This document shows, in pieces, positions 1-12,081 of a DNA stretch of 64,000 nt. The stretch comes from Massalongia carnosa (taxonomy: Eukaryota): contig OZ287068.1 of the NCBI GenBank assembly GCA_965645245.1, positions 806,001 through 870,000 of the forward strand, written 5' to 3'. Under the pieces are notes generated by a model, which saw only the letters and a program-made list of their open reading frames with translations, was not told where the DNA came from and did not search any database. The translations under genes were made by a program, and so were the position numbers. How positions within the stretch are numbered: position 1 is the stretch's first letter; the number at the start of each line of letters is the position of its first letter.

Positions 1-372
1 CGTCTTTGGCCCCAAGGCCGTCCCTTCCCCACGGCGGTTCGTCCCCCACGGCGGTTTTTCCCCTACGGCATCTTTTCCCTAGGGCGGTTCGTCCCCTACG
101 GCGTCTTTGGCCCCCAAGGCCGTCTCTCCCCCAAGGCGGTTCGTCCCCCACGGCGTCTTTGGCCCTAAGGCGGCTTTGGCCCCACGGCGCTTCGTCCCAT
201 ACGGCGTCTTTGGCCCTAAGGCGTCTTTGACCCTACGGCGGTTTGCCCCCTACGGCGTCTTTGGCCCTACGGCGTCTTTGGCCCTACGGCGTCTTTGACC
301 CTACGGCGGTTTGGCCCCTACGGCATCTTTTGCCCTAGGGCGGTTCGTCCCCTGCGGCGTCCCAAGGCGGCT
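1..372. repeat. GC-rich imperfect tandem repeat array, ~19-21 bp unit (e.g. CGGCGTCTTTGGCCCTA / CGGCGGTTCGTCCCC variants); truncated by window start
   Basis: Unit variants are visibly reiterated from position 1 to ~370; ORFs 6..230 and 107..298 are translations of the repeat. Confidence 0.9.
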
Positions 373-700
373 TATATGCGCGTCATACAGAATATTGCTC
401 TACTTAAAGAGTGGGCGAAGCGGCGCAAGTGGACAGGCACGAATCCGTCTTAGCGGCTTCGTGGATGGGGGAGTTTGAAGACGCTGTTTAAAATTAGATA
501 TGCGAGGACGGTTGAATGAAAGTAGAAGGTAAAGCGGGAGGAGCAAATAGACCAAAGCCAGACCTATGTTTTTAGATGACTTGACATGCGAAAAGCAGCA
601 TATACTATATTATAAACGCCCATCGATATATGAAGAACCTAGTCCAGAATACTCGTGCTGCTAGCAATGGAAAAATATGCTCAGACTGCATGTGACATCG

Positions 701-3080
701 TTACAAATAAACACTGTGTACCGTAGCAGCATGGTTCTTGAAACGCATGACGCCATGAAGACTTACTCCAACACACGTTGGATGAGGACATAGAATCTCG
801 TCATCGGAGCGGATTGACTTTAAGCGGCAGCGTTGAACATGTCGTTGAAGGCAGTATTTATTCTTGTATTCGCGAAGCCGCTCGTCCAGCGCCAGGTCAG
901 GACTCCCGATACAGAAAATGCATTGGTAGGGCCTGCACTTGACCGGGAAAGCTTCTCGTTGTTCGGGCTCTGGCTTGCAGATATCCAGTTTGTAAGATTT
1001 AGATTCTGGTGGTGCGTTTTCTTGATACTCTAGAAATTCTAGAACGAGCTTCCGTTTGTTCGGTGTCGATAGTGAATCTCCTTGATCTCCCAAGGAGTCC
1101 AGTGTGGGCTTTTGCTTGGCGGATATCCGAGGGGCACGACGTTCTTGCAGCCTGCAGAGCGATTATCAGATCGTGGATTATTTTTAATCTCCAAGTATTC
1201 CCGTCCTTGGAGGCGAAGGCTGATTTATCGCAAAAGAAAGCCTCCGCTAGACGAGATCTCTCGATGAAGGCGTGTTTGGTGGTATTCGGTGTGGAAGAGA
1301 CGTTCTCGGAGAATTCGACTGATTCAGATAGTTGCTCCTGGATATCTTTCGTTGGAGCATTGACATCATAATCCGCCTGGGCTTGCTTCAATACAGCTCG
1401 TTCTCGCGTTCGAATCTTGCTGTGCATAGCACGATTAATAGCCATATAGTCATTGTATATGTCTTGTCCTTTCGCTTTTGAGACTGGGCCGTATTCTTCT
1501 CAAATTTCATCCAGCAGCCGATCTTTATAGTTGTAAAGGTCTTGTATATCCTTCTCGAGTTTGATTGCTCCTATTTGTTCGTTATTTAGTTTTTTGGGTC
1601 GTCGAGGATCCAACCATCTGCTCATTCGATTCGCCGCTCGAATAAAATCCGTCTAGCGAATTTCCAAGATATGCAGCCTGGGTATCATATCGAATAATAC
1701 GCGATAGGTAATTAAGCTCAAAGATTGCACTGTTACTATGGTCCATCACAAGATTGCGTACTGCTGGCTTGGAGTTAGGGTCGTCTAAACCCTATAATAT
1801 TAGCTTCAACTCCTTGCATGTTTTGATCTATGGAGAAGAGAGTATTTACCATTAACAGCGTTTCCGGCCCCACGCCGAAGACAATAGGTTGTTAGAACCT
1901 GCGCAAATCCTGTTTCTACCCCGAGACGTTTCAACCACCGATGGTACATCGCATACGTTAGAGCCTTACGAGGGAAAACTGGTGCGAAAAATATTGGGCG
2001 GTCAAGCTTCTTCCTTTTCCATGGAATAGACTGGCATCGGAGACCCGGTTTGACCTTAAGCTTGAATATGTCTTCGGGAGATGTTACACCGTTGGCGTTG
2101 AAAGCATCGTCGTTGAACGCCTGCGCAATGATATGAGATACAGGACATAGCATAGGGTTTTGGTCGATGTTGAAAGTGTAAGTTTTTCTATAAATTAAAT
2201 CAGTATAGTTTGCATCGAGTATAAGCTTCGGGTTGAACTTACGGTCGTCGCTGCTTGAGGCGAGACTTTGTCTTTTTAAGTCGAAGCTGCATCATAAGCT
2301 TTGTTTTACCTGTCTTGAGGTCCTGAAAAACGAAGAGGTCGACATCTCGGTATGTGACGGCAAGGAGAGCTCCTGGCCTAGAGCCAGTAAATGCAGCGAA
2401 AAGGAGAAGCGTAGCGAGCTGGACTCTCTGTCTTTCCTTTGGAAAGATATTTGTATCCAGGGCCCAATGGCATCGAAGAACTTCCAATAAGTCCTCCGCC
2501 TCAAGTATGGGCTTGTCTGTATCAGTAACCTCTAGGCCATGTTCCTTAGCTAAAGGCCCATTGATGAACTGGTCAATGTAAGTCGCAGCCAAAAAGTCGG
2601 ATGAGAGACACTGACAACATATGTCTTTTTTAATAGCAACGGTTCCATGCGATAACCCGTCCATTTGATATAGAGTTGGCTTAATTGATGCCAGTATGTC
2701 TCGACGGAACTAACTTTCTTAATATTATAATTTTGCAGCATCGAGTGCAAGAAATTCTCAGCTCGTGCAGGACAGCAATTAGCGAGTGTTGATTGAGGTT
2801 CGAGCTCGACAAGGCCACAATACCTAGAAAATATAGCTTAGCAAGTAGCCAAATATGAATAGGGAGTGACAAACTCTGTCCATAGCCGTTCCAGACGGTC
2901 AATATGGTACTCGGTTGTCTCTGCATAGAGCTTTGAATCCTGAGGGCCTTTGGAAACCCTCTCAAATCTTTCGTTCAAAGTCTCTCGAGTCGCCAGCGTG
3001 GCAAGAGCATCTTATTGCTCACGTTCTTGGAGCGAGCGACGTTGGAGTCGTTCTAAGATATTTGTCTTCTTGTAAGCCAT
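701..3080 (-). pseudogene. DUF3435-type tyrosine recombinase (Starship 'captain'-like) with C-terminal Cys/His zinc-finger region; disrupted
   Basis: Spliced pieces MAYKKTNILERLQ..., ERQRVQLATLLLFAAFTGSRPGALL, LCPVSHIIAQAFNDDAF, LTTYCLRRGAGNAV, TDFIRAANRMSRWLDPRRP, C-terminal QCIFC...CPHPTC...FKNHAATVH. In-frame stops at 3012-3014 and 1653-1655, plus frameshifts. Confidence 0.85.
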
Positions 3081-3557
3081 CGTGGATAGCTAGATAATAG
3101 AACGTTCGGAAGAAAAAATACTGTATAGAGAGAGAGATCGCGGTGATGGATGTCGCTAGGCAGAAAGATGTGAGAGACCGCATGGTGAAGAGAAGTGGAA
3201 AGGTGAGCCTTAAGTAGGAGAGGGCGTCTACTTTTGGCTCCCTTCGTGGCTTAGGCGCCAGGTGGGCTGGAGCTATCCTCGTCGGTATGCTCACCCGCCT
3301 TCCTCAATCGCATACCAGTATGCAAGGAAGAGATGGCTATCCAGCGGCGGAGAAGTGAGCCAATGGTCCATGATTGCGATATTGTTGGAATTGTGCGTGA
3401 TGTGGGAGCTATAGCAGGTGTGGGTGCGAGATCGTGGAGAGCGGCGACGAGAAGTGGTAGGTGCTGGACCAGCCGGTGTGCCGGTGAAAAAGGTGTCGAA
3501 GCAGCGCCGTGGGATGCTGGAAACGGCCGCCTTTTTACCGAGACAAAGTCACAATCT

Positions 3558-3831
3558 TGTCATGGTGTGAACATGAGACGTGGAGGTTCATTGAACAGGT
3601 CCATCTACGGCAGATGGACTTTAAGGTTTAGTGCCGGCAGATGATCGTTGTGGTTAGACTGCGAGCTTACCGAGTTGGGCTTAGTGTCCCTTTTCAGGAG
3701 TTATAGGAAATCTCTGCGAGCAGTTACTGTTTTCCTACTTGTGTTCGTTTCGTCAGATTATCATGTAGTATAGTCGATAACAAAACACTGTTCCACTACA
3801 TGGATAGGATCATTGGACTCCTACCGTGACA
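3558..3831. mobile_element. Solo LTR (TGTCATGG...CCGTGACA)
   Basis: TG...CA termini with 7/8 inverted match; flanks AATCT/GATCT (4/5 match); shares TCAGGAGTTATAGG with the adjacent LTR. Confidence 0.65.
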
Positions 3832-4292
3832 GATCTCGATGAAGAGACGTTTATTGGTGTCACGGAGTGACGAAGCATAACGGCTGGCTAGGTGGCTAGT
3901 TAGCTGACGGTCACAACGGAACGGGAAGAAGTAGTCTTCCGAGGGCGCCAAGTGCAGTCATGAGGTAATGGCAATGCAAAAGTGCATGCCGAAGGCATGA
4001 CGAAGTCGACATGACAATCAGGGGCAGGCGATGTCCGAAGGTGGACTGGCTCAGTTATCAGGAGTTATAGGCGTGTCTATTCGTTCTTCTGTTTCTTTTC
4101 TCCTTGTCGAACGTCTTGTCTATTTAGCTAGACAAGTCTCACGTTTGCACCACCTGAATTACTACACGCCCTCGCACCGTGACATAGAAGTAGCCAAGCT
4201 TCACGTCTTTTAGTCCGTGTATGCTCGATGAAATGACGAAGCCAATCTATGACTAGATCGTCATTTAAATAGCCGGTCTCGCTGGTCCCAAT
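3832..4292. pseudogene. Fragment of a pogo/Fot1-type DDE transposase, split by an LTR and partly inverted
   Basis: 3832-3857 (+) joined to the reverse complement of 4185-4292 reads DLDEETFIGTSETGYLNDDLVIDWLRHFIEHTRTKRREAWLLL, which resembles the segment before the second catalytic Asp of pogo transposases. Confidence 0.8.
3858..4184 (+). mobile_element. Solo LTR, 327 bp (TGTCACGG...CCGTGACA); strand is relative to the second copy
   Basis: Perfect 8-bp terminal inverted repeat; a near-identical reverse-complement copy lies at 4293-4514. Confidence 0.85.
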
Positions 4293-4514
4293 TGTCACGG
4301 TGCGAGGGCGTGTAGTAATTCAGGTGGTGCAAACGTGAGACTTAATTGTCTAGCTAAATGGATAAGACGTTCGACAAGGAGAAAAGAAATAGAAGAACGA
4401 ATAGACACGCCTATAACTCCTGATAACTGAGCCAGTCCACCTTCGGACATCGCCTGCCCTGATTGTCATGTCGACTTCGTCATGCTTTCGGCATGCACTT
4501 TCGCATTGCCATTA
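4293..4514 (-). mobile_element. Inverted second copy of the 3858-4184 LTR, truncated at the Fot1/pogo insertion
   Basis: Reverse complement of ~3966-4184 with few substitutions/indels; stops at the TA at 4513-4514. Confidence 0.9.
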
Positions 4515-7500
4515 GAAGAGTTGCGGGGGCAACCGCCCAAAAAGTGCCCCATTGCTCCTTTTTCATAATTTATTCAACAACCACACCATATAAATCGTTA
4601 TAAAAGCAATGGATCGAAGCGTACGCTCTGGGAGAGCCCTTTTCAGCTCTGGCGAGTGCTAAAAATCTAGAAGTCGTCCCATTCAATATCCCCGATTCGG
4701 TTTGTTTTGCACTCAACCACTAATACATCCTCAAATATCGCGAACCTACCTCTTCACGCCATAGAACCGGTATCTCTCTATGCGAGGTCGATTCTAAAAG
4801 CCATTTTGGGTGGATTTTGGTTCGGGACAGCCCAAAAATCGACTCTTGGATGCGGGCTGGAGTGGATATTTGGTGCGAAGTGGATTATAAAAGTGATGCT
4901 CTTTGGTCAGAGCGTGGAGGCAGAGAGTGGTGGACAGGGAGCGTCCTTTGGTGGTGCCAGGACAAAGGAACAAGTGGAGGGAGTACTACGGAAGGAGACA
5001 GCCAAGAAGGCGGGCAGGAGGGGGAGGGTTCAAAAGCTTAAGGCGTATCGAAGCTTTTGAGTGGCATTTGCAATTCACTCTTTTGAACGATGGCGGAGGT
5101 ACTTTTGGGGAGTTTTGCTAAGGAATTTGGTGTGTTTTTATCCAGAAATACTTGTTCGCCGTGGACGTCTTATGGCCACTTTATGTACCTACCTTCGCTC
5201 CTTCCTAATTTGACTTAAAGTTGGTTTAAAGTCTCACACTTATTTGATGTATTAAACCCGAGTGATATTCCCCGTTTTAAATAGAGATGAAAAGGAACAA
5301 AGCTTTTGGTACAACTACAGGCGAAATCTAAGTACTACTAGCATTACAATTTGAAAAACCCCCACCGCCCACAACCATCAATTGCCTTGTTAATTGCCCT
5401 TTGGTTCCCATATAACTCTGGCCTTAATAACTCTGCCACGCGTACTCTTGAGTGGTTCTTTTGGAGCTTCCTCTTGGCCACCTTGCGGAGGGTCCACCGG
5501 CCCTGCCTGTACTCCTTTGCCCTTTAAAACCTGCCTTTCTCATTGATTCCTTGGCCTTAGAGGCTTGCCTAAGGTTCTTTCTGATGGGTGAGAACTCAAT
5601 TTCGAGGCGCTCTCGAGCCGTAAACGTCTCCGTATCGGTAGGGTTAAGGGAGAGCTTGGCGATAGAGTTGATTATGTGGTTTTGAGTGCCAACCTGGGTC
5701 TTCTTTGGCGATGGTGGTAGTGTAACAGCCTCCCCTCCACATAGTCGAGGCGTCCACGAGAGGAACTGCTTCCAAAGAGTATTCTCTTGACGTTGGTTCG
5801 CTTTCTTCCATGACTCGCAAGCTTTGGCCTTCTTGGCCTGTCGTTTCTCCTGCTTTTCGGCCTCGATTCGCTCCGCCGTCTCCTTGTCCATAACCTTGGC
5901 CTCTCCGTAGGCCTCATGACTTCTCCCTTTCTTCTTCCCCTTTTGCTTTCCAGCCTCTACGAGCTCCGTAATAGTTTGCCCTTGAATCATACTTAGAGCC
6001 ATCTTCTGGCCACATGCTTTAGCAAGCTTAAGGGCAACTTGCTCCCAGTAGTCAAACTCCGCTTGAACGCTAGCTAGCTTTGCTCCGGCCAAAAGCTTGT
6101 CGATGTCCACGATATTAGCAGGAGTAGCGGCCGAAAGGGGTACGAGAGCAGTTCCATCTCTAGTTTTTGGCCTGCTTCCACTTGTAGACGTCGCCGAGGT
6201 TGAAAGGAGTATGACTTTAAACTCATAATTGAGGGTCCAGAGCTTGGTATCGAAGAGGGTATTTGTTGAAGGACGACAGACGGGTTGTAGGGCATATGGC
6301 CAGTAGCGTGCCACGCTTTAATGACATTCTCTGGTGTAATAGCCTTTACTCGAGCTTCTTGAATTAGCTCTAGGAAGTCGACTTTTGATATTTGATATGT
6401 AATATTGAATCGACTCCGTTCTCGAACCGCTGTCTTGTAGTAGTAAGCCAAAAGCCTAAATACCCCGACGTCGAGAGGCTGTACAAGGTGAGTAACGTGA
6501 GCTGGCAAGCAAAGACAGAGAATCTTATGCTCTAAACAAAAATCGATAGCTTTCCCTGTAAGATGAGACCCATGGCTGTCGAATATAAGAAGTCTCCACT
6601 TGCTAGGAGTCGTTGGACGAGTCTCTGGTTCAAAGCACCGCTTTAACCACTCAAAACAAAGCTCATTATCTGTCCAACCATTCTCCGAGACTGATATATG
6701 GCCGGTTTTAAAGGCGTCCCACCAAGCTTTCATCTGTTGTTTGCCCTTGAATATAACCCATGGTTTAAGAGACCTCCCACTAAGCCCAATAGCTTCAATA
6801 AGAGTCACCCACTCTCGATTCCCACAAGCCGTCATGTACTGAGATATCTCCTTTTTGGGTATTATAACCCTTGTCTTGCCAATGACCCCCATTGCAACTC
6901 CTTTGTCATCCATATTATATTGGTTTTCGGTGTCAATATCGTACTGATCCACAGTATTCTTATGGAGCTCGAGGTAGCGTAGAATTGTAGCGGGATCTGT
7001 ACCTAGAGTACGCTCTTTTTCGATAGGACTGACGAATTTTGACTTAAGGCTTGGGTGACGGTCCATAAACTGCTGGATCCAGGTGTGCCCTAGGGGGTTC
7101 ATGTCGCCCTTCGCTTGAAGGAGCTCGTACGCCATCTTTAGGAGCTGTTGATGGGTGGGTGGATATCCCCAGCTAGCTAGAACGACGATATAACTGACAA
7201 GAACGTCTTCCTCTAGCGGAGTGAGCTTTTGCATGGCTTGGTTGGCTGCTTTTTTTCGATATAGCACCATTTTTTCGATCCCGTAAAGTCTCCCATACCA
7301 CCCCTTGAAGCCTAGCTGCTTCACGAAGACTTATAGGCTTATTAGAAGCTTGCCCAATGGTCCAAATCTCTAGGGCACGTTCCATTCGAGTGTCGTAGTC
7401 GACGTCTGGTGGGGGAGCTATATCGTCAGGGTCGTCAAAGTACTCGGGGTTTGGACGTTTCGGCTTATAATTTCGAACCATGATGATAGCTAATGTTGAT

Positions 7501-7634
7501 AGAAAATTGATCGAATTTTCACCTGCAAAATCGTATGGAGAGTTTTCGGAAGTGGTTGATTTTCTATGATTTATTCACGATGGGGCTTTTTTTGGGCGGT
7601 TGCCCCTTTTGGGCGGTTGCCCCCGCAACTCTTC
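4515..7634 (-). mobile_element. Fot1/pogo-like DNA transposon (DD35D), 3.1 kb
   Basis: 28-bp TIR GAAGAGTTGCGGGGGCAACCGCCCAAAA at both ends; TA on both sides (4513-14, 7635-36). Confidence 0.92.
5424..7481 (-). pseudogene. Fot1/pogo transposase, frameshifted
   Basis: ORFs 7173..7481, 6074..7324 and 5424..6314: HTH/CENP-B-like N-terminus, YNMDDKG, LIFDSHGSH, VQPLDVGVF; 35 residues between the 2nd and 3rd Asp. Confidence 0.88.
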
Positions 7635-8568
7635 TAGACGAAAGGAACAAAGGGAGGCTAATAAGGCGAAAAAGGCCTCATCAACCCAGTTAGACAACGT
7701 CCGATTTTTACTAGGGCAGGGCCCGTTAGTAGAACAGACTGAGCCGTAGATATTGAACCCGAAATGAAGCTATTTGGACGTCTTTTCATGAAGGTCTGAT
7801 TTTTTTAATGTTGAGGTGTTGAAAAATGCGTCTTTGAGCCGGTAGCCCGGTAAGCACTGAGGGGTGCTCTCTCTGCATTCCGAAAGTAGTCTAGCACGAT
7901 TAGCTGCTCCAACTCTTGCTCCACCTGATCGAGTATCTCCATTGGGAACGGATTGGCTGCTCAAAATAACGAATGATGCTTGGCTGGCATAGTAGCTGCA
8001 ATCATATGGGGAGGCTCGCTGGGGAAACACGACTGTCGAGCGCTGCTAACGCTAACAGAGCGTAAGGGTGACCACTCATTATCGGCGGAAACGGCAGACA
8101 TGGTCATATTAATCTTTATGCGTTGCTGCTTTTTGTGGGCTTGAACGTCGTAAAATTGGAGAAGGAAATCAACAATTCTAGATTCTTGACCTATAAGGAT
8201 TTAAATGTATTTCTAGAGCTACGTACGTAATGCATAGCTATATCAAGCCTATCAATCATGCTTTCATTCATCTTTTATAATGTGAGCGCTATTCGAACCT
8301 CGGAAATCTCCATTTAGACCCACAGCAAAGATTGAGACAAGATGTAGAAGTTTTGTTATTTTCATACAGGCTGAGTTGATCAGCATAAATCCCATATATC
8401 TTGATTTAATGACGCTCGTATCCTTCGGCACGGAGTACCGCCTTCAAATCGCTCTTCATATTCGTCGTCACAACCAAGCACGCGACGAAAGATCACAAGA
8501 AAGGTTCTTGATGAAACCTTCTTTCTTGGAACAGGCTTACGTTCATGCCATTCAAGCTTGATCTTGCT

Positions 8569-9540
8569 TTACTCCTTTCCTACATAGTCTCCAGACCAAA
8601 CAGTATCAAAGCTCTTAATATCGATGGCAAACTCGCGAATGAACTGTCTTTCAAGGTCATGAGTTCTATGCCCTAGTAGCACTAAGCTATGCAATGGAGC
8701 CCCTAGCTCTATGTGACTCAACTGCTTGAGTGTCCCAGCCGCCATCTTCTGATCTTTAGAGCCGATTCTGGCGACTCCAACAGCCAGACTCCAAGGCCCG
8801 TATACGCTTTCCCCTCGACTTTCTTCGATTTCGAGCATCTGACTTGCACATTGGGCCACAGTCATGTACCTGGGCGGCTCATAGATCTTGCGGCCCCTGG
8901 CAAGATTCTCAAGCGATTGCTCCTTTACTTTGATATCCAGAAGGAGCAGAGTGTGAAGCCCAATTTGGCGGTTCTCTTTTACTCGGTCGTAAAAAGATGA
9001 TGGCTTCCATGTGTCGGTAAAGAAAACCATGCTGACAGTTTGGCCAAAATTGTACAGCTGGAGCCCTGTAGCACCAATTGCAGACATGATCGATGCATTA
9101 TGAATGCTTTGAACAGGCAGGCCAAGCTCTCGAGCCCGGAGGACGAGATCCGTATGTGTTGTCGCCCTAAATCGTATAAATCTACCAATCCTTACAACAC
9201 GATAGGGCTAGGTAAGGGAGTACCCGAACGGATCGCCGACAACTAGGAAAGCCACATCGTGCGTATCAGCACCTGCTAAGATTTCATCACTCGAGGATTC
9301 AACCATCTCGCGGTCGGCGATAATAACAGAGCGGCCATAGTAGGCTTCCTACTGCAGATTGAGTATTAGCGCTGCAGGTAGCATGCCAGGTCTGAGAAAG
9401 GCCACCAATTTCTCTCTGTCAACAAGTAGAATGCTGGTGTACGCTTCAAGATACACTCGATGCGCCGTTCGAACCACCTCAAGTCCTTTCACGGTGATGT
9501 CGGATTCGTCTGCTAACCCTAGCCCAACAAGGTAGAGCAT
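8569..9540 (-). CDS. DPH5: Diphthine methyl ester synthase (spliced)
   Basis: [24 protein letters not shown]...[70 protein letters not shown]. Confidence 0.96.
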
Positions 9541-11978
9541 GCTGAAGAGAACGTTGTCACTAATTAAACCTGAAATTTTTGGGTAGATACTCTAATTATT
9601 TACACCGTACTGGCTGTTTAAGCACAGAAATATTTTTTACTAGTTCGGGTAACTACCCCAGCTCCACGAAGTAAAATTTCTCGCAATCGATACGCCTAAA
9701 TGAGTTCAACGATATGTAGCTAATTAGGCGTTAAGATAAAACCTGGCCCAAACGTTCAATCTCTATTTATCACAAAATACTTCCAACGGTAGGGCGGCGG
9801 AGTGACAATCCGGAAATTATGATTTTCCGCGGTGGGTTGGCCTTACTCAAAAATTCTACAATTCAAACCCCTGCTAGCGCATGTCACCTCCTTAAGTTTA
9901 CTGACTAATGCTCTTTTATTCATGGCTGTTAGTCCTCTGAGCATATCCAAAATACGGTGGACATTCTACAATTCGGTTCGAGGGGAGTATCATATCCCAT
10001 GATGCGTAGCATCTACCACAAGCCTCTCCAGGAAGAGAACTCAAGGAGGCCCACTCCACAAAAATGGCAAAAGGGGTCATGTTCTTTAGCAACCCTGGAG
10101 GGAAAGCAAAACTTCAGGAGTTGAATTCCCACAACAGCCACAAGCCAGAAGGTTGATAAAGGGAGATCTTTATAATGGAGAATTTCAATATCGTCGAGGC
10201 GGCGAAAGACCAGAGTTTGTTATTCTGACGTTGCGTCTCAGGGGCTATTCTCAGCGATCTTTAGTTTACCGGACCAATGTTATCAAAGCACAGATACTAG
10301 AACCCGAATTTTGATTAAAACCTGGCATGTATTTATATTCCTTTCGTCAAAAACTATATTTCGGTATGACGAAAACCTGTGCTCTCTCCGCTTTTGCCTC
10401 TACCATCATCTTCGATATCTTCTCTGAATACTCTTCTATCATTCCTAGCCGTTCGGTCCGAAGATATTTTGTTAGGCGACAACAGCAGATATCGTATTTT
10501 TTTTATTAATTTTTTGAGCCTAGGCTATTAGAATGGAAGCTGCAGATAAGCACAACCACAGATTAGTGAATAATGCAGATATGCCATCAGCAGTATTACC
10601 GAAGTTATAGATGACAAGAAATGCTGACTCGATCGCAGATAGGCCTATCTCATGGACATGAGCCCATTGTTTCTTTTTACTTGGTTGTTAATCAAAGCGA
10701 ATAACAAACATTTTTTAAACTAGTAGATCGTTTGGATATTTTATCTACCAGATTTTTCTCATACCTTATTCAAGAACTGGTCACTCCGAATCAATTTATA
10801 TGTAGTCTTGAGAATAGTTCTATCAACTTTGTCGAAACCTGAACGAATTTTGTTTGCATGTAAGAGCTTGATGGATAAGTGAAATCTGAGTAGTACATGC
10901 CCTTTATCTGCTGATCTTTATTCGGGTTTCCTTTTCCTTTCTTCCTCCTACTCGACTTTTATCTCTTTAAACCCATGTCATTTAGCCTGCTTACTACCCT
11001 GATTCATATAAGCGTATCTCCCCTTCAACGTTTTCCTTCCACTCTCAATATCTACGCCCTTACCTCTTCTGGACTTGTCTTCCTACCTACCCTGACTTTT
11101 ATCTCTACTTGTGCGTCTTTTCTTTGTTTGTTTTCTCTTGATGTAGATTCGAGAAATCTCATAAATAAAAAAGGGGGATATGCGAGTAATAGCGGGAGTA
11201 GCTAGCATATGCATTTTATTTTCGGTTTTGAACAGAACCTTATATCAAGTATGAGTGGTCTTTTTCGGGTTAAGCTTCTATATAAATGTAACTATAACTC
11301 CTACTTTAAGAAATGCTTCACTCAAGACAGAATTTCATCAAGTCTCGTATATACTTTGCCAGTGTATTTCCAATAACAGCCCCAACGCCGTGAAGGAGAC
11401 AGTGCTATTAGCTACTAGCTGGGAGATCTCGTCTTGAGGAAGAATATGAATGCATATGCCCATTATCTAACCTCTGGAAATCGGATCTCACACGAGAGTC
11501 TCCGTACAACCCAACGAATGGCATTGAAGTTATTAGCTTAGCAATAACGGCGAACCCGATCAGATACCTTAGAGCAACGCTTAAGGAGATCTGAATAGAT
11601 TGGCATAGATGGCGAGAGATGATGAACGAGCGCAATTCCAGCAGAGATGTCTGGATGACGTTGCCCTTTAGGTTTTCCATCTGACCCGGGTTTAATCAAA
11701 CCACAAGGTCTTTTCCCAAGTCGTTGTAGGATTTTTTATATCTATCTATCGCATAATAGCCTTGATGAAGCTTAGATTTACGCCTGAGCAACCTGTCGAG
11801 GACGTTTCTCTGTAGAAGTTTGTCTTTTCGACTAGTATAGTTAAGCGACTGACACTGAATTAGCAACTGAGTAGTTTTGATTATTCAATAATTTAATGAA
11901 TAAATTTTATGATTTGCGAAATCTATTTTGTCAAAGACAAATGTGGCTGAAACAGTTCGAGATTGTCTCCTCATGTGC

Positions 11979-12081
11979 GATTCTGTGGTCTAGTCGTATG
12001 ATTGTCGCTTCGGGTATCGAACTCAGACGTGAAAACGTCTAAAATTGTGACAGGTCCCGGGTTCAAATCCCGGCAGAATCC
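11979..12081 (+). tRNA. tRNA-Pro (anticodon CGG) with ~31-nt intron
   Basis: Acceptor GATTCTG/CAGAATC; anticodon stem GTCGC/GTGAC with loop TTCGGG[intron]T; T-arm CCGGG-TTCAAAT-CCCGG; T5 run at 12085. Confidence 0.85.

Noticed and set aside
1..372. CRISPR-like array or real ORFs (6..230, 107..298)
   Set aside because: Units are contiguous with no unique spacers, the context is eukaryotic, and the ORFs are repeat translations.
3966..4514. Large hairpin as a MITE or miRNA-like precursor
   Set aside because: The arms are two opposed LTR copies with TG...CA ends and the loop is transposase sequence.
9700..11950. Short ORFs upstream of DPH5
   Set aside because: AT-rich, no recognisable motifs or consistent splice structure.
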